DNA from: Isosphaeraceae bacterium
Lineage (GTDB): Bacteria; Planctomycetota; Planctomycetia; Isosphaerales; Isosphaeraceae
NCBI GenBank assembly: GCA_965201075.1
Contig: CBDAVP010000005.1
Coordinates: 186,001 to 235,974, forward strand
Length of the DNA: 49,974 nucleotides
Reading direction: 5' to 3'
Both the position numbers and the translations under genes were made by a program. Shown here in pieces: positions 8,160 through 18,491 of the stretch; position 1 is the stretch's first letter, and every line of letters begins with the position of its first letter. The notes beneath the pieces are model-generated. The model ran no database searches. It saw only the letters and a program-made list of their open reading frames with translations, and was not told the origin of the DNA.

Positions 8160-10046
8160 TCACTCTTCGCCCGGCGCCAGCAACAGAGCGGTATGCCCGG
8201 CGATGTTCCAAAGCTCCGCGGTGTCCACCGGGGGAGCCCCGCACCCGCCGTAACGCGGATCCTCGCTATACCAGATCAGCTTCCAGCTCGCATGACCGGC
8301 CGGCGGCGCCAGAAGGGGTTCTCCCAGGGGCGTCGAGTGCAGGTCGCGGCCCAGGTTGACCACCAGGAGGCGGTCGTCGCCCTGGTCGCCGCAAAAGCGG
8401 ATCACGAATGCCTCGGGGCCGATCACCGCGCCATGCAGCCTCGACCCATCCTGCTGAGAGAGGGTCGGGTCGTCTCGCCGGATCTTCAACAGGTCTCGCG
8501 TCATTCGATACGACTCGGCGTTCTTTACCCGCTCCGAGAGGTCCAGTTTCGACGCCAGAAAGGTCTCCACCGACCCCGGGTCCGGCAGGAGGACCTTGAT
8601 GTCCGGCCTCGTCAGGCTGCCGAAGATTCCCAGCGACTCGACCCTACCCTTGTTGACCAGCTTCGACAGTTCGGGGCCGTGATCGGCGAAGTAGCGGAAT
8701 GGAGTCGTCGCGGCATACTCCTGCCCCTGGAAGAACATTGGCGTGCCGGGGCCTAGAAGAAAGGCCGCGCTCAGGGCCTTGTACCGCCCGGGGCTGGTCA
8801 GCAGTTGGAGCCTGTCGCCCCTGGCCGAGTTGGAAACTTGGTCGTGGTTCTCCAGGTAGGTGACGAACCGGGCCGACTCCATCCCGAACGTCGACATCCC
8901 CACTCGCTTCCTCAGGAACCGCGAATACTGCCCCTGAAACAGGTAACCCCACTTCAACGCTGAGGCGAGTTCCTGCGCCGAGCCCATGAAGTCCGAATAA
9001 TAGGCTTCCGAGCGTCCCGTCAGCGCCACGACCGCGCTATGGTGGAAGTCATTATTCCAGAGCCCGTCGAGCCCATACCCACCTTTCTCAATCGGCCACG
9101 CGATCCGGGAGTTTTGAAAGTCGTTCTCGGCATAAATCAGAATCGTCCGCCCGCCGGCCTTGGACCGGGCCTTGCGTCCGATCTCGGCCAGGACGTGATC
9201 GGGCGAGTCGTCCACAATCGCCTGGGTCGCGTCCAACCGCAGGCCATCAAGGTGGTATTCGTCGATCCAGTAGCCGGCGTTCTCGACGAAGAACTCCCGC
9301 ACCGGCGCGGAGTCTTTCCCGTCGAAGTTCAGCGAGTCGCCCCACTCGGTCTTGTGCCGCTCCGAGTAGTAAGCCCTGGCGAACTGCCGGTGATAGGCGC
9401 CATCGGGCCCGATGTGATTGTACACGACGTCCAGGATCACCCCGAGCCCCACCGCATGAGCCCGGTCGACGAACCGGCGAAAGTCGTCGGGCTGGCCGTA
9501 CAGCCGGGTTGGGGCGTACAGGTCCACACCGTCATATCCCCAGCCGAATTCGCCGGGAAAGTCGGCCACCGGCATGACCTCGACGGCCGTGATCCCCAAC
9601 TCTTTCAGTTCGACCAACTCTCGGGACGCGGCCTCCCAGGTCCCCTCGGGGGTGAACGTGCCGATGTGCATCTCGTAGAGAACCTGCCCCTTGAGAATCA
9701 GGCCCTTCCAGTCGTCGTCCGTCCAGCGGAAAGCCTCAGGGTCAACGACTTGGGAAGGCCCATGAGGCCCCTCGGGTTGGAATCTCGACACAGGGTCGGG
9801 GAAAGCGTCGCCCCCATCGAGTCGGTAGCGATACAAGGTCCCCGCCCCCGCTTCGCCCACTTTCCCCGAGAAATAGCCATTCCCTTCCGCTTCCAGTTCG
9901 ACCGCCAGGGATTCTCCATCCGCACGCCCCCGCTCAATCATAACCTCCACCCGACGACGGTCCGGCGCCCAGACCCGAAACCACACTCCGCCGGATTTCG
10001 CCACCTCGGCACCCACCGGTACCCGCCCAGACCGACCCTCGCTCAT
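8160..10046 (-). CDS. treZ: Malto-oligosyltrehalose trehalohydrolase (GH13)
   Basis: FRVWAP, PDPVSRFQPEGPHGPS, YEMHIGTFT, WGYDGV, DVVYNH, DGLRLDAT, AEND, ENHDQ and PMFFQGQE. Start could be 10046 or up to 10070. Confidence 0.93.
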   Translation of the reverse strand: MSEGRSGRVPVGAEVAKSGGVWFRVWAPDRRRVEVMIERGRADGESLAVELEAEGNGYFSGKVGEAGAGTLYRYRLDGGDAFPDPVSRFQPEGPHGPSQVVDPEAFRWTDDDWKGLILKGQVLYEMHIGTFTPEGTWEAASRELVELKELGITAVEVMPVADFPGEFGWGYDGVDLYAPTRLYGQPDDFRRFVDRAHAVGLGVILDVVYNHIGPDGAYHRQFARAYYSERHKTEWGDSLNFDGKDSAPVREFFVENAGYWIDEYHLDGLRLDATQAIVDDSPDHVLAEIGRKARSKAGGRTILIYAENDFQNSRIAWPIEKGGYGLDGLWNNDFHHSAVVALTGRSEAYYSDFMGSAQELASALKWGYLFQGQYSRFLRKRVGMSTFGMESARFVTYLENHDQVSNSARGDRLQLLTSPGRYKALSAAFLLGPGTPMFFQGQEYAATTPFRYFADHGPELSKLVNKGRVESLGIFGSLTRPDIKVLLPDPGSVETFLASKLDLSERVKNAESYRMTRDLLKIRRDDPTLSQQDGSRLHGAVIGPEAFVIRFCGDQGDDRLLVVNLGRDLHSTPLGEPLLAPPAGHASWKLIWYSEDPRYGGCGAPPVDTAELWNIAGHTALLLAPGEE

Positions 10047-10289
10047 CGCAACCCCCATACTAAACCTCAAATCATGCCAAGGTGGCTCGCGATCTTAACA
10101 AATCCAATGCCATCATGTCGCATTCAGGCGATCGACCGAGCAACCCTATGGCCTTCGTAGATTGCCCAGTTTAGTCTATGGATTCATGGAAGTTTGGCAC
10201 CGGCCTTGCCCTAAGTTCCGTGTTCGGTCATCTTGACGGCCCCGCGACGGAAGGAACCGGCTCGCAGGCGTCATGGAGGAACGCACCCG

Positions 10290-10991
10290 ATGTCCTACGA
10301 CAAGCGCCAGGCGACCCACGAATTCACGCAGTGGAGCGAGAGCTACGACCGCTGCATCCTTCAGCGCCTGTTGTTTGCCCCCTCGCATCGGGCAATCCTG
10401 CGACGGGTCCGCGCCTCTTATGGCGACCGCCCCTTGCGAATTCTGGACGTCGGCTGCGGCACTGGGGTTTTCGCCGAGCGGATTCGTTCGGCTCACCCGA
10501 ACGCCAGCGTGTGGGGGGTCGACCTGGTCGCCGGGATGCTGGCCGGAGGTGCGGATCGCTGGGCCCGGCATTCTGGTTCAGTCCAGCCGGTGCAGGGGGA
10601 TAGCGAGCGGCTCCCCTTCGCCGCGGGATCGTTCGACGTCGTGACCTGCGCCAACAGCTTCCACCATTACCCCAACCAGGACCGCGCCGTCGCCGAGATG
10701 CACCGAGTCCTTCGTCCCGGGGGCCGGATGATGCTCATCGACGGCTATCGAGACCGACCCTGGGGCTGGATGATTTATGACGTTTGCGTCGCCTCGGTGG
10801 AAGGCGCGGTTCACCACTGCTCGTCGAAACGGATTCGCGACCTCTTCGGCAATGCTGGTTTCGGCCATCTGACGCAGACGGTTCACCGAGGGCTCGCCCC
10901 GTTCTTGCTAACCGAGGCCATCGCGGGCGCGGGGAAAGCCCTCGGCCGCACGCCCCATAGCGCCTCAGCCAAGATCGCGGCCCACGTTTGA
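10290..10991 (+). CDS. Class I SAM-dependent methyltransferase
   Basis: ILDVGCGTG, GDSERLPF, SFHHY and RVLRPGG. GGAGGA RBS upstream of ATG 10290. Confidence 0.92.
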   Translation: MSYDKRQATHEFTQWSESYDRCILQRLLFAPSHRAILRRVRASYGDRPLRILDVGCGTGVFAERIRSAHPNASVWGVDLVAGMLAGGADRWARHSGSVQPVQGDSERLPFAAGSFDVVTCANSFHHYPNQDRAVAEMHRVLRPGGRMMLIDGYRDRPWGWMIYDVCVASVEGAVHHCSSKRIRDLFGNAGFGHLTQTVHRGLAPFLLTEAIAGAGKALGRTPHSASAKIAAHV

Positions 10992-10992
10992 C

Positions 10993-11841
10993 TCAGGGGG
11001 CCTCGGGATTTTGGCCCCAGCGGAACTGGTAGCGAACAATCCGGCCAGGAGGCGCCGCGAACGAGAAGTCGGGAACCGGGACGCCGGGAAATGACGGGGC
11101 GACTCCGGCCCTGGCGGCTCGCTGAACCTCTTTCAAGAACGCCTGCTGACGACGGACCAACTCGCGGATCTGGGCTTGCTGCTCACGCTGTTGCTCACGG
11201 ATCAACTCATCGAACCGCCGCAGATGCTCGGCTCGCTGAGCGTCCAGGGGTGCGTGGAACTGGAAGCGAGCGGCGTTTCGCTGATCTTCCCGTTGAGCCA
11301 GTTCTTCCTGACGGCGCTCCTCCTGCTCCTGAACCCGTTCGGCCTCCTGTCGCTCGGCCCTTCGCCGCTGGGCTTCCTTCTGGATGTCATCCAGCGCCGC
11401 ATGAGCCAGAACCTCGCCCTTGGGTTCGGCTTTGGGCGGATTGATCGGCGGAGTCGGCTCGGCGGCCACGATCGACGGCGCGGGTGCGGGCAAGGGCAAG
11501 AGGTCGGTCGGGGCTTCCAGCGCCGGCAAGGGTTCGGCAGGGACCGCCTCCGCCAGCGACGGCGATTCCGGGGCGGGCTCGGTCTTCGCTGCGGGATCGG
11601 CCGGGGCAGGTTCCACCCTGGCCGGTGGGATTTGGGCCGGGGTCGTGGTCGCGGTCTGAACCGTCGCCGCGGCGGTTGGGTCCCAGTGCCAGTCGGGGCT
11701 GAGTGCGCGGTGGACGATCAGGACCGCGGCGACGGCGAGAATTAAGAGGGGCGGCAGGAAACGGAACCCGCCGCGGGGGGGGTGCTGCACGACGATGTAG
11801 CGGATCGTTTCGGGAGGGGCGGCTTCGGGCCGGTCCATCAC
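10993..11841 (-). CDS. Hypothetical single-pass membrane protein with Pro/Ala-rich linker and charged coiled coil
   Basis: TM segment LLILAVAAVLIV, a Pro-rich region, and an E/R/Q-rich helical region. Directly downstream of xylB on the same strand. Confidence 0.65.
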   Translation of the reverse strand: MMDRPEAAPPETIRYIVVQHPPRGGFRFLPPLLILAVAAVLIVHRALSPDWHWDPTAAATVQTATTTPAQIPPARVEPAPADPAAKTEPAPESPSLAEAVPAEPLPALEAPTDLLPLPAPAPSIVAAEPTPPINPPKAEPKGEVLAHAALDDIQKEAQRRRAERQEAERVQEQEERRQEELAQREDQRNAARFQFHAPLDAQRAEHLRRFDELIREQQREQQAQIRELVRRQQAFLKEVQRAARAGVAPSFPGVPVPDFSFAAPPGRIVRYQFRWGQNPEAP

Positions 11842-11853
11842 TGGGCTCCGCGA

Positions 11854-13392
11854 TCAGGGGGCGGCGGCAAGTTCGCTCAGTTCGTGGAAGGTTTCCCGCA
11901 GGGCCGGGTAGAGCCCTCGGTAGACGGCATAGGCCCGATCGTAAAACACTCGGGCGGAAGTCTCGGCGGCGATGGTCTCGACGACTCGAATCGTGGCGTC
12001 GCATGCCTCGGGAACCGTCGAGAACGCACCGGTGCCAACCTGAGCGAGCAAGGCGACGCCGAAGGCTGGCCCTTCCGCAGCATTGACGGTCCGGCATTCG
12101 TGGCCGTAGATATCAGCCTGCAACCGCCGCCACAAGGCATTACGAGCGCCGCCGCCGGAAAGTCTGATCTCCGTGGGGGTCACACCCATTTCCCGGATCA
12201 ACTCCAGGCTGTCGCGCATCGCGAAGACCGCCCCCTCCATCACCGCGCGGATGAGATGCCCTCGACCGTGTCTGACGGTCAGGCCGATCCAGCCGCCGCG
12301 GGCCTCCGGGTCGAAGTGGGGCGACCGCTCGCCGGTCAGGTATGGCAGGAAGAGCAACCCCTCGGCGCCGGGGTCAACGGTCGCCGCTTCATCGACCAGC
12401 CCTTCATAAGGATCGACGCCCTGCTCCCTGGCCTCCGCGACATTCGCTTCGGCCAGACGGTTGCGGAACCATTGCAGGCTCCCCCCGGCGGCCAGCACCA
12501 CACCCATCGCGCACCAGGCGCCGGGGACCGCGTGGCAGCCTCTTTGAAGTCGGCCCAGCGGATCGAACCCCGCCTGATCGGTGTGGGCGAAGACGACGCC
12601 GGAAGTCCCCATCGTGGCCGAAAGTGCTCCCGGCCGGACAATTCCGTTGCCGACCGCCCCCGCCGGCTGGTCTCCGCCGCCGCCGACCACCGGCGTCCCC
12701 TCGGCCAGACCCGTCGCCTCGGCTCCAAGCTTGCTCAATCGCCCCGAGATCTCGACGCTCTCGAAACATTGGGGCATCAGCGAGGGGTCCAGGTCGAGCT
12801 TCCCCAGCAACTCGCGACTCCAGCGGCGGTTGGCCACGTCCAGGAGCAAGGTTCCCGACGCGTCACTCACCTCCGTCGCGTATTCCCCCGTCAGGCGGTA
12901 GCGGACGTAATCCTTGGGAAGAAGGACCTGCCGAACCCGATCCCAGTGAGCCGGCTCGTGGCGCCGGGTCCAAAGCATTTTCGGTGCGGTGAAGCCGGTC
13001 AGGGCCCGGTTGGCGACCATTCGGACCAGGGCCTCGCGACCCCCGGCCCGCTCTTCAATTTCCGCGCACTCGGCCCCGGTCCTCTGATCATTCCAGAGCA
13101 ACGCGGGTCGGATAACCTCGCCCCGGGCGTCGAGGAAGACCGAGCCGTGCATCTGCCCGCTGAGGCCGACTCCGGAGACATCGGCCGGCTTTAACCCGCC
13201 ACGGTCCAACACCGCCGCCACGGTACGCCGGGTGGCGTCCCACCACAGGGACGGGGCCTGCTCGGCCCAGCCCGGACGGGGATGGTCGCAAGGGTACTCG
13301 ACCGAGGCGTGGGCCACGACCTTGCCGGTCTCGTCAATCGCGACCGCCTTGGTGCCGGACGTCCCGACGTCGATCCCCAGCGTGATGGACAA
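11854..13392 (-). CDS. xylB: Xylulokinase (FGGY family)
   Basis: LGIDVGTSGTK, SGQMHG, LWNDQR, SDASGT, GGGDQ, PYLTGER and GGGARN. TTG start with a GAGGAGG RBS. Confidence 0.93.
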   Translation of the reverse strand: MSITLGIDVGTSGTKAVAIDETGKVVAHASVEYPCDHPRPGWAEQAPSLWWDATRRTVAAVLDRGGLKPADVSGVGLSGQMHGSVFLDARGEVIRPALLWNDQRTGAECAEIEERAGGREALVRMVANRALTGFTAPKMLWTRRHEPAHWDRVRQVLLPKDYVRYRLTGEYATEVSDASGTLLLDVANRRWSRELLGKLDLDPSLMPQCFESVEISGRLSKLGAEATGLAEGTPVVGGGGDQPAGAVGNGIVRPGALSATMGTSGVVFAHTDQAGFDPLGRLQRGCHAVPGAWCAMGVVLAAGGSLQWFRNRLAEANVAEAREQGVDPYEGLVDEAATVDPGAEGLLFLPYLTGERSPHFDPEARGGWIGLTVRHGRGHLIRAVMEGAVFAMRDSLELIREMGVTPTEIRLSGGGARNALWRRLQADIYGHECRTVNAAEGPAFGVALLAQVGTGAFSTVPEACDATIRVVETIAAETSARVFYDRAYAVYRGLYPALRETFHELSELAAAP

Positions 13393-13570
13393 CGGCGCAT
13401 CCTCCTCACGGCTCGCTCGACCGGCCCGCCGGGAAGAATCGACCTCTCGGCAGCCTGGGTCCAGATTACTCGACCACGACTCCGCTCAACAACGACCCAA
13501 CCCCCTCACGACCCGCCCATCCCCCCGAATTGACAGGAATATCCCCAGATCTCCCCATCGGCTTTCCGAA

Positions 13571-14524
13571 TCATCCTTCGGCGGAAGTGCTTTCGACTCT
13601 CACCATCGGCTCAAGTTCGGCGACCCTGGCTGGGTCCACGCCGCCCGCATTCCAAACCAGGGCATTGGCGACCGCGCAGGCGACTCCCCGCCGCAAAGTC
13701 CGCTCGAAACTCAACTCCTCCAGGGCGCCGGAGACCAACCCCGCCAGTAACGAATCACCCGAGCCGATCGGGTTGACCGGCTCAATGGTCGGCGGCGTGG
13801 CGACCAGGCGTGCCCCGTCGGCCCACGCCCTCACGGGACGGGGCCCGTCGGTCAGCACCGCGAGCCGCACCCCCTGCGAACCCCAGTGGCCCAGCAGCGC
13901 CCAGAGGTCAGCGTCGGAGGGCTCGGCAACCCGCAGGTGGGTGGCGGCCTCCTTGCGGTTGAGTTGCATCACCTGAGGCCAGCTTCCGTCGAACGCGGCC
14001 AGAGCCGGACCGTAGGTGTCGAGAAACGTCGGCACCTGGGCCGCTCGGGCGATCCGGACGAGTTCGGGGTATACCTCGTGGGTGGCCGTTGACGGACTCG
14101 ACCCCGAGAGCGTGAGCGCCTCGACGCCTCCTTCCTTCAACGCCTCCTCGACGGCCACGCACAGGTCGGAGGCCTCCTCGGCGGTGATGGCTGGGTCGGG
14201 GTCGAAAAAGGCGGTGTCGGGCGGGTCGCCCCCGTCGGATCGGACCGTCAAAATCGTCCGGGTGGGAGCGGCCGAGGGGACGACCAGCGGGTCCAAACCG
14301 TCGTCTCGACGGAGCAGGATCGTGCAAAAGGCCCCGATCGGCCCTCCCAGGAACGTCACCGGCCTCGCCTCGCGGCCCAATCGTCGCAAGGCGCGGGCGA
14401 CGTTGTTCCCCTTGCCTCCCACCACGTCGCGAACCGAATGCCCCCGGACGTTGTCGCCAACCGTCCAGCTAGGGACTTCCAACGTCCGGTCGAGGCAGGG
14501 GTTCAGGGTGACGCAAAGGATCAT
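13571..14524 (-). CDS. 1-phosphofructokinase-family (PfkB) hexose kinase
   Basis: VTLNPCLD, GGKGNNVAR, LSGS and NPIGSGDSLLAG PfkB signature. Confidence 0.9.
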   Translation of the reverse strand: MILCVTLNPCLDRTLEVPSWTVGDNVRGHSVRDVVGGKGNNVARALRRLGREARPVTFLGGPIGAFCTILLRRDDGLDPLVVPSAAPTRTILTVRSDGGDPPDTAFFDPDPAITAEEASDLCVAVEEALKEGGVEALTLSGSSPSTATHEVYPELVRIARAAQVPTFLDTYGPALAAFDGSWPQVMQLNRKEAATHLRVAEPSDADLWALLGHWGSQGVRLAVLTDGPRPVRAWADGARLVATPPTIEPVNPIGSGDSLLAGLVSGALEELSFERTLRRGVACAVANALVWNAGGVDPARVAELEPMVRVESTSAEG

Positions 14525-14605
14525 GGCGCGGCTCGGCCTTCGGGACGGTTACCACCCTGGCGAATCGCCGGGCGGGTCGGCCCCATTCTGCCCGACGATG
14601 GAGGC

Positions 14606-15613
14606 TCAGGCCACCCGCCGCCCGGTCGAACCTTGCAGCCGGACCCCGCCCTTCGCGGCCGGTTTGCCCAATCCCACCCGCCTGCGCACCACATACAACG
14701 GCCGCCCGTTGACCTGTTGAGCGATCCTCCCCAGGTATTCCCCCAGGATCGCTCCACAGACCAGTTGCGCTCCGCCGAAAAAACCGGCGGCACAAACCGC
14801 CCAGCCCCAGCCCGGGAGGGGACACCACCCCGTCGCCCCGCCAACAGTACCCAGAACGACTCCAACGACTGACGCCAACATCGAGACGAACCCTAACCCA
14901 CCCACCGCTCGCAACGGGGCCTCACCAAACCCGATCAGGCCGTCAATGGCCAGCCCAACGAGCTTTCCGACGGTGAATTTGGGAGCTCCCGCGTGTCGCT
15001 CGCCGCGGTCGATCGCCAGTCCCACCTGCCGAAAGCCCACCCAGGCTCGCAGGCCCCGGACGAACCGCCTTCGCTCGGGCATCGCATTGAGGAGGTCGAC
15101 GACTCTCCTGGACATGATGCCGAAATCGCCCGAGTCCAGCGGGATCGCGATCGCCGAGGCACGGCCCAGCAAGCGATAGAACCCCGCGTAGGCCAGGCGC
15201 TTCCAGGCGGCTTCGGGTCGGCTCGCGCGGACCGCGTAGACGACATCGAACCCGTCGTTCCAGCGATCCCAAAGCGCCGGGATCGCCTCGGGGGGATCCT
15301 GCAAGTCGCCGTCCATCACCACGACCGCCGCTCCCCGGGCGTGGCGGAGCCCGGCGGTGATCGCGACCTGATGGCCAAAATTTCTCGAAAGCGCCAGACC
15401 CAGAAATCGCCCATCGGCTTCGTGGGCCCGCTCGATCTCGGCCAGAGTTTCATCCCCCGAGCCGTCGTCGACCAAGATCACCTCGGCCGCCACCCCCAGG
15501 TCATCCAGCACCCTGGCCAACCGGTCGACCAACACCGGGACGGTCGTCGCTTCCTCGAACAGGGGGATGACGACCGACAGCACGGGCAGGCGATTGCTGG
15601 CCACGGGCGTCAT
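14606..15613 (-). CDS. Glycosyltransferase family 2 (polyprenol-phosphate glycosyltransferase type)
   Basis: True start ATG 15613. SVVIP, VDDGS, SRNFGHQ, MDGDLQDPP, two C-terminal TM segments, and GEYLGR...RPLY. Confidence 0.92.
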   Translation of the reverse strand: MTPVASNRLPVLSVVIPLFEEATTVPVLVDRLARVLDDLGVAAEVILVDDGSGDETLAEIERAHEADGRFLGLALSRNFGHQVAITAGLRHARGAAVVVMDGDLQDPPEAIPALWDRWNDGFDVVYAVRASRPEAAWKRLAYAGFYRLLGRASAIAIPLDSGDFGIMSRRVVDLLNAMPERRRFVRGLRAWVGFRQVGLAIDRGERHAGAPKFTVGKLVGLAIDGLIGFGEAPLRAVGGLGFVSMLASVVGVVLGTVGGATGWCPLPGWGWAVCAAGFFGGAQLVCGAILGEYLGRIAQQVNGRPLYVVRRRVGLGKPAAKGGVRLQGSTGRRVA

Positions 15614-16350
15614 GCGGCCTCCGAGCGTCGGGCAACGGCCAGCAGTGATGAGCCGATCGGCCATCGCAGATGACGTCCCACGGCGTGGTCGACCCGGCTG
15701 AGGGCCTGAAGCCCCTGGTTGATCGGCCGAGGTGGAATGCTCACGGCGTAGTTGCCCGTTCCCTCGGTCGGGCCCTTGGCCGGAGACAGAAGCCGCCGGG
15801 CCAGCAGTGGCGCGACCGCCCAGGCGAAGGCGAACCGCAGAGTTTCGACGACAAACCCCGCCGCCTCCAGCGCCCGGGTCAGGTCCGCTCGTTCGTAGCG
15901 ACGGTGATGGGCGTTCGCCTCGTCGTGGCGACTCCACAATGCGTTCAGCGCCGGAACCGTCAGCAGGAGATGCCCTCCCGGCCGCAGGGCTCCGTGAACG
16001 GCTCTCAAGGCCGAGGCGTCGTCGGCGATGTGTTCCAGCACGTCCAGCATCAGGACCAGGTCGAAGGGACGCGACGGCCGGAAGTCGACGCTCAGCGGTC
16101 GGACCATGATCCGCGAACGCCAGCGAGAGTCTTGCACCAGCGAGGCGTCGGGTTCCAGCCCTTCGACCTCGCCGAACGCGCCCAACGGGCCGAACAGCAG
16201 GCCATCTCCGCAACCGACGTCGAGAATGCGGCGTCGGGGGGTCTTGCGGTGCAATCGGCCGACCTCGGCCAGCACGAGCGCTTCCCTGGACCGCCACCAC
16301 CAATGGCCGTCGTGCAGGGTTCGGTAGCGACGGGCGTATTCGGGGGTCAC
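15610..16350 (-). CDS. Class I SAM-dependent methyltransferase
   Basis: HWWW, ILDVGCGDG, LDVLEH, LRPGG, TVPA...WS.HD...HHRRY. ATGA overlap with the GT2 gene. Confidence 0.9.
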   Translation of the reverse strand: MTPEYARRYRTLHDGHWWWRSREALVLAEVGRLHRKTPRRRILDVGCGDGLLFGPLGAFGEVEGLEPDASLVQDSRWRSRIMVRPLSVDFRPSRPFDLVLMLDVLEHIADDASALRAVHGALRPGGHLLLTVPALNALWSRHDEANAHHRRYERADLTRALEAAGFVVETLRFAFAWAVAPLLARRLLSPAKGPTEGTGNYAVSIPPRPINQGLQALSRVDHAVGRHLRWPIGSSLLAVARRSEAA

Positions 16351-16392
16351 GGGTCGGGCCGTCCCTGGCCAGTTTGGTCGAATGCGCGGAGA

Positions 16393-16416
16393 CGCCCGGA
16401 GGCCAGCCTCCGGGCG
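16393..16416. repeat. Perfect GC-rich inverted repeat (hairpin)
   Basis: cgcccggaggc-ca-gcctccgggcg, intergenic, with no U-tract. Confidence 0.7.
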
Positions 16417-16475
16417 GTCGCGGGCGGATGCTAATCCAGGTCGCCCGAAGCGTCAAACCCAAGCTGGAACCGACT

Positions 16476-17000
16476 TCAGACCAGAGACGAACGGGCCGGC
16501 CGCCGCCCTCGACGGCGCTCCGAGGCCAGGCGCGCCGTTGAGCGACGCTCCGGGGCCGGGTGGGGGGAGAGCCGAGGCCGTGCCACCCGCATCGAACCGC
16601 CCGCCGGTCCGTCGCATTCCACGATGATCGACGCCCAACGCCCGCCGGTGGGCGCGACGACCAGTCCCCGCGACTCGGCCATGCGGTCGGCCTGAGCGCC
16701 ACCGAACCATGCGGCGAGCCCGATTCCGGCCAGCATCGCGAGCGAAATTCCGGGGGAGACGTCCATTCCGGGACGAATCAAAGTCACTCCCAGGGCCATC
16801 GCCACGCAACCGACGGCCGCCCCGCGCCCCGGCATCCGTCCTGCCAGCAGGAACCCGAGCACCGGCACCGCCGCCACGGCCACGGCCACCCCCGTCAAGG
16901 GCCATGACGCCACGACTCCCAGGGCCGCGACCATCCCCGCGACGACCGCCATCCCGGCGTCCCACGATCCGTCCCGTCCCCGCCGAGTGGTCCCGTCCAT
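16476..17000 (-). CDS. Hypothetical membrane protein
   Basis: Strong GGAGGTGA RBS before ATG 17000; about four hydrophobic segments. Confidence 0.6.
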   Translation of the reverse strand: MDGTTRRGRDGSWDAGMAVVAGMVAALGVVASWPLTGVAVAVAAVPVLGFLLAGRMPGRGAAVGCVAMALGVTLIRPGMDVSPGISLAMLAGIGLAAWFGGAQADRMAESRGLVVAPTGGRWASIIVECDGPAGGSMRVARPRLSPHPAPERRSTARLASERRRGRRPARSSLV

Positions 17001-17276
17001 CGCTCACCTCCGTCGTGGCCGCGAATCCTAGATGAGGTCCCAGGCCGGATCGCTCGTCGGTCGGCCCTTGAGAAACCTAGGTCACGGCTGGGGAGACCTC
17101 GCGGGAAACCCATGCGTGTTGCCAAGGAGCAACAGTCGGCCCTCGCCGCGGCCGGCTCGCCGCGACATCGCCGAGGATTGCGACGGGTCGGGGGGCGAGT
17201 TAGCCTGAGAGGCCCGGAGACGCGCCCGATCGGTCGGGACGCCGGATGCTTTTCTCCCCGGCCGGGGTGCCCCTCG

Positions 17277-18404
17277 ATGAACCGTTTCGCCGCCGTTGCC
17301 GCGATCCTCCTTTCCACCCTGGCCACGCCCCTGGCCATCGCGGCGGATCTGGAAGTCAACGTCCCAATGCTGCCGATCGGGGCCCAGGCGCCCGACTTCG
17401 ACCTGGAAGGCGTCGACGGCAAGCACCACGCGCTCAAGGATTACGCCGCGGCCCGCGCCCTGCTGGTCGTCTTCACCTGCAACCACTGTCCGACCGCCCA
17501 GGCTTACGAGTCGCGCCTCAAGGCGATCGCCGCGGACTATCAGTCCAAGGGCGTGGCCATGGTCGCGATCTCTCCGAACGACCCCGACGCCGTCCGGCTG
17601 GACGAATTGGGCTATACCGACCTGACCGACAGCCTCGACGACATGAAGATTCGCGCCCGAGACGCCCAGTTCAACTTTCCGTATCTCTTCGATGGCGACA
17701 AGCACGGCGTTGCCCGGGCTTACGGTCCCAACGCCACCCCCGTCGCCTTTGTGTTCGACCGGGACCGGGCCTTGCGCTACGTCGGCCGGATCGACGACAG
17801 CGAGCGGGAGTCATTGGTGAAGGTTCACGACGTCCGCGACGCCCTTGACGCCCTACTCGCCGGCAAGGAAGTCCCCGCCGTGACGCAGGCCCGCGCTTTT
17901 GGTTGCTCGACGAAGTGGTCCGACAAGGAGCAACTGGCCCGTGACCACCTCGCCAAGCTCGACGCCGAGCCCGTCAGCGTGACCGAGGCCGACGCCGAGA
18001 CCCTGAAATCCCTCCGTAAAGGCGACGGGAAGAACCTCCGTCTCATCAACGTCTGGGCAACCTGGTGCGGTCCCTGCGTGGCCGAGATGCCCGACCTTGT
18101 CGCCATCAACCGCTGGTACCGCCAGCGACCGTTCGAGACCGTGACCGTAGCGGCGAATTTCCCCGACGAGAAGGCCGAGGTTCTTGACCTCCTCAAGGCC
18201 AAGCACGCCTCGGGCCGCAACCTGCTGTTCGGCGACAAGGACAAGTACAAGATGATGGAGGCCCTGGACCCCTCGTGGAACGGGACCCTGCCCTACACGT
18301 TGCTGGTCTCGGGAGACGGCAAGGTGCTGTACAAGGCGACCGGGCCCTTCGACCCGCTGGCCCTGAAGCGGGCGATCGTGAAGGGGCTGGCGACGCCTCA
18401 TTGA
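17277..18404 (+). CDS. Secreted tandem redoxin (AhpC/TSA plus TlpA-like) protein
   Basis: Signal peptide from ATG 17277. Domain 1 has FTCNHCP, YVGRIDD and FGCSTKW; domain 2 has NVWATWCGPC. Confidence 0.9.
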   Translation: MNRFAAVAAILLSTLATPLAIAADLEVNVPMLPIGAQAPDFDLEGVDGKHHALKDYAAARALLVVFTCNHCPTAQAYESRLKAIAADYQSKGVAMVAISPNDPDAVRLDELGYTDLTDSLDDMKIRARDAQFNFPYLFDGDKHGVARAYGPNATPVAFVFDRDRALRYVGRIDDSERESLVKVHDVRDALDALLAGKEVPAVTQARAFGCSTKWSDKEQLARDHLAKLDAEPVSVTEADAETLKSLRKGDGKNLRLINVWATWCGPCVAEMPDLVAINRWYRQRPFETVTVAANFPDEKAEVLDLLKAKHASGRNLLFGDKDKYKMMEALDPSWNGTLPYTLLVSGDGKVLYKATGPFDPLALKRAIVKGLATPH

Positions 18405-18491
18405 GCGAATCGGGCGGTTGTGGGGGCGGGCCGAGTTCGCTAAGTTGGGCCGGACGCGACCCGCCCGACGCCGCCGCTCTGGAGCGCCCCG

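Noticed and set aside
16391..16401. 11-mer gacgcccggag matching the reverse complement of 6245-6255, as a possible REP family
   Set aside because: It is short and GC-rich with only two clear intergenic copies, which is compatible with chance.
14606..16702. 698-aa ORF suggesting a large GT2 fusion
   Set aside because: The first 363 codons are Arg/Pro-rich off-frame translation overlapping the real methyltransferase gene. The GT2 starts at 15613 with an ATGA overlap.
17034..17134. Imperfect inverted repeat and small tgttgc/gcaaca hairpin
   Set aside because: It matches no RNA motif I recognise, and the pairing is weak for DNA this GC-rich.
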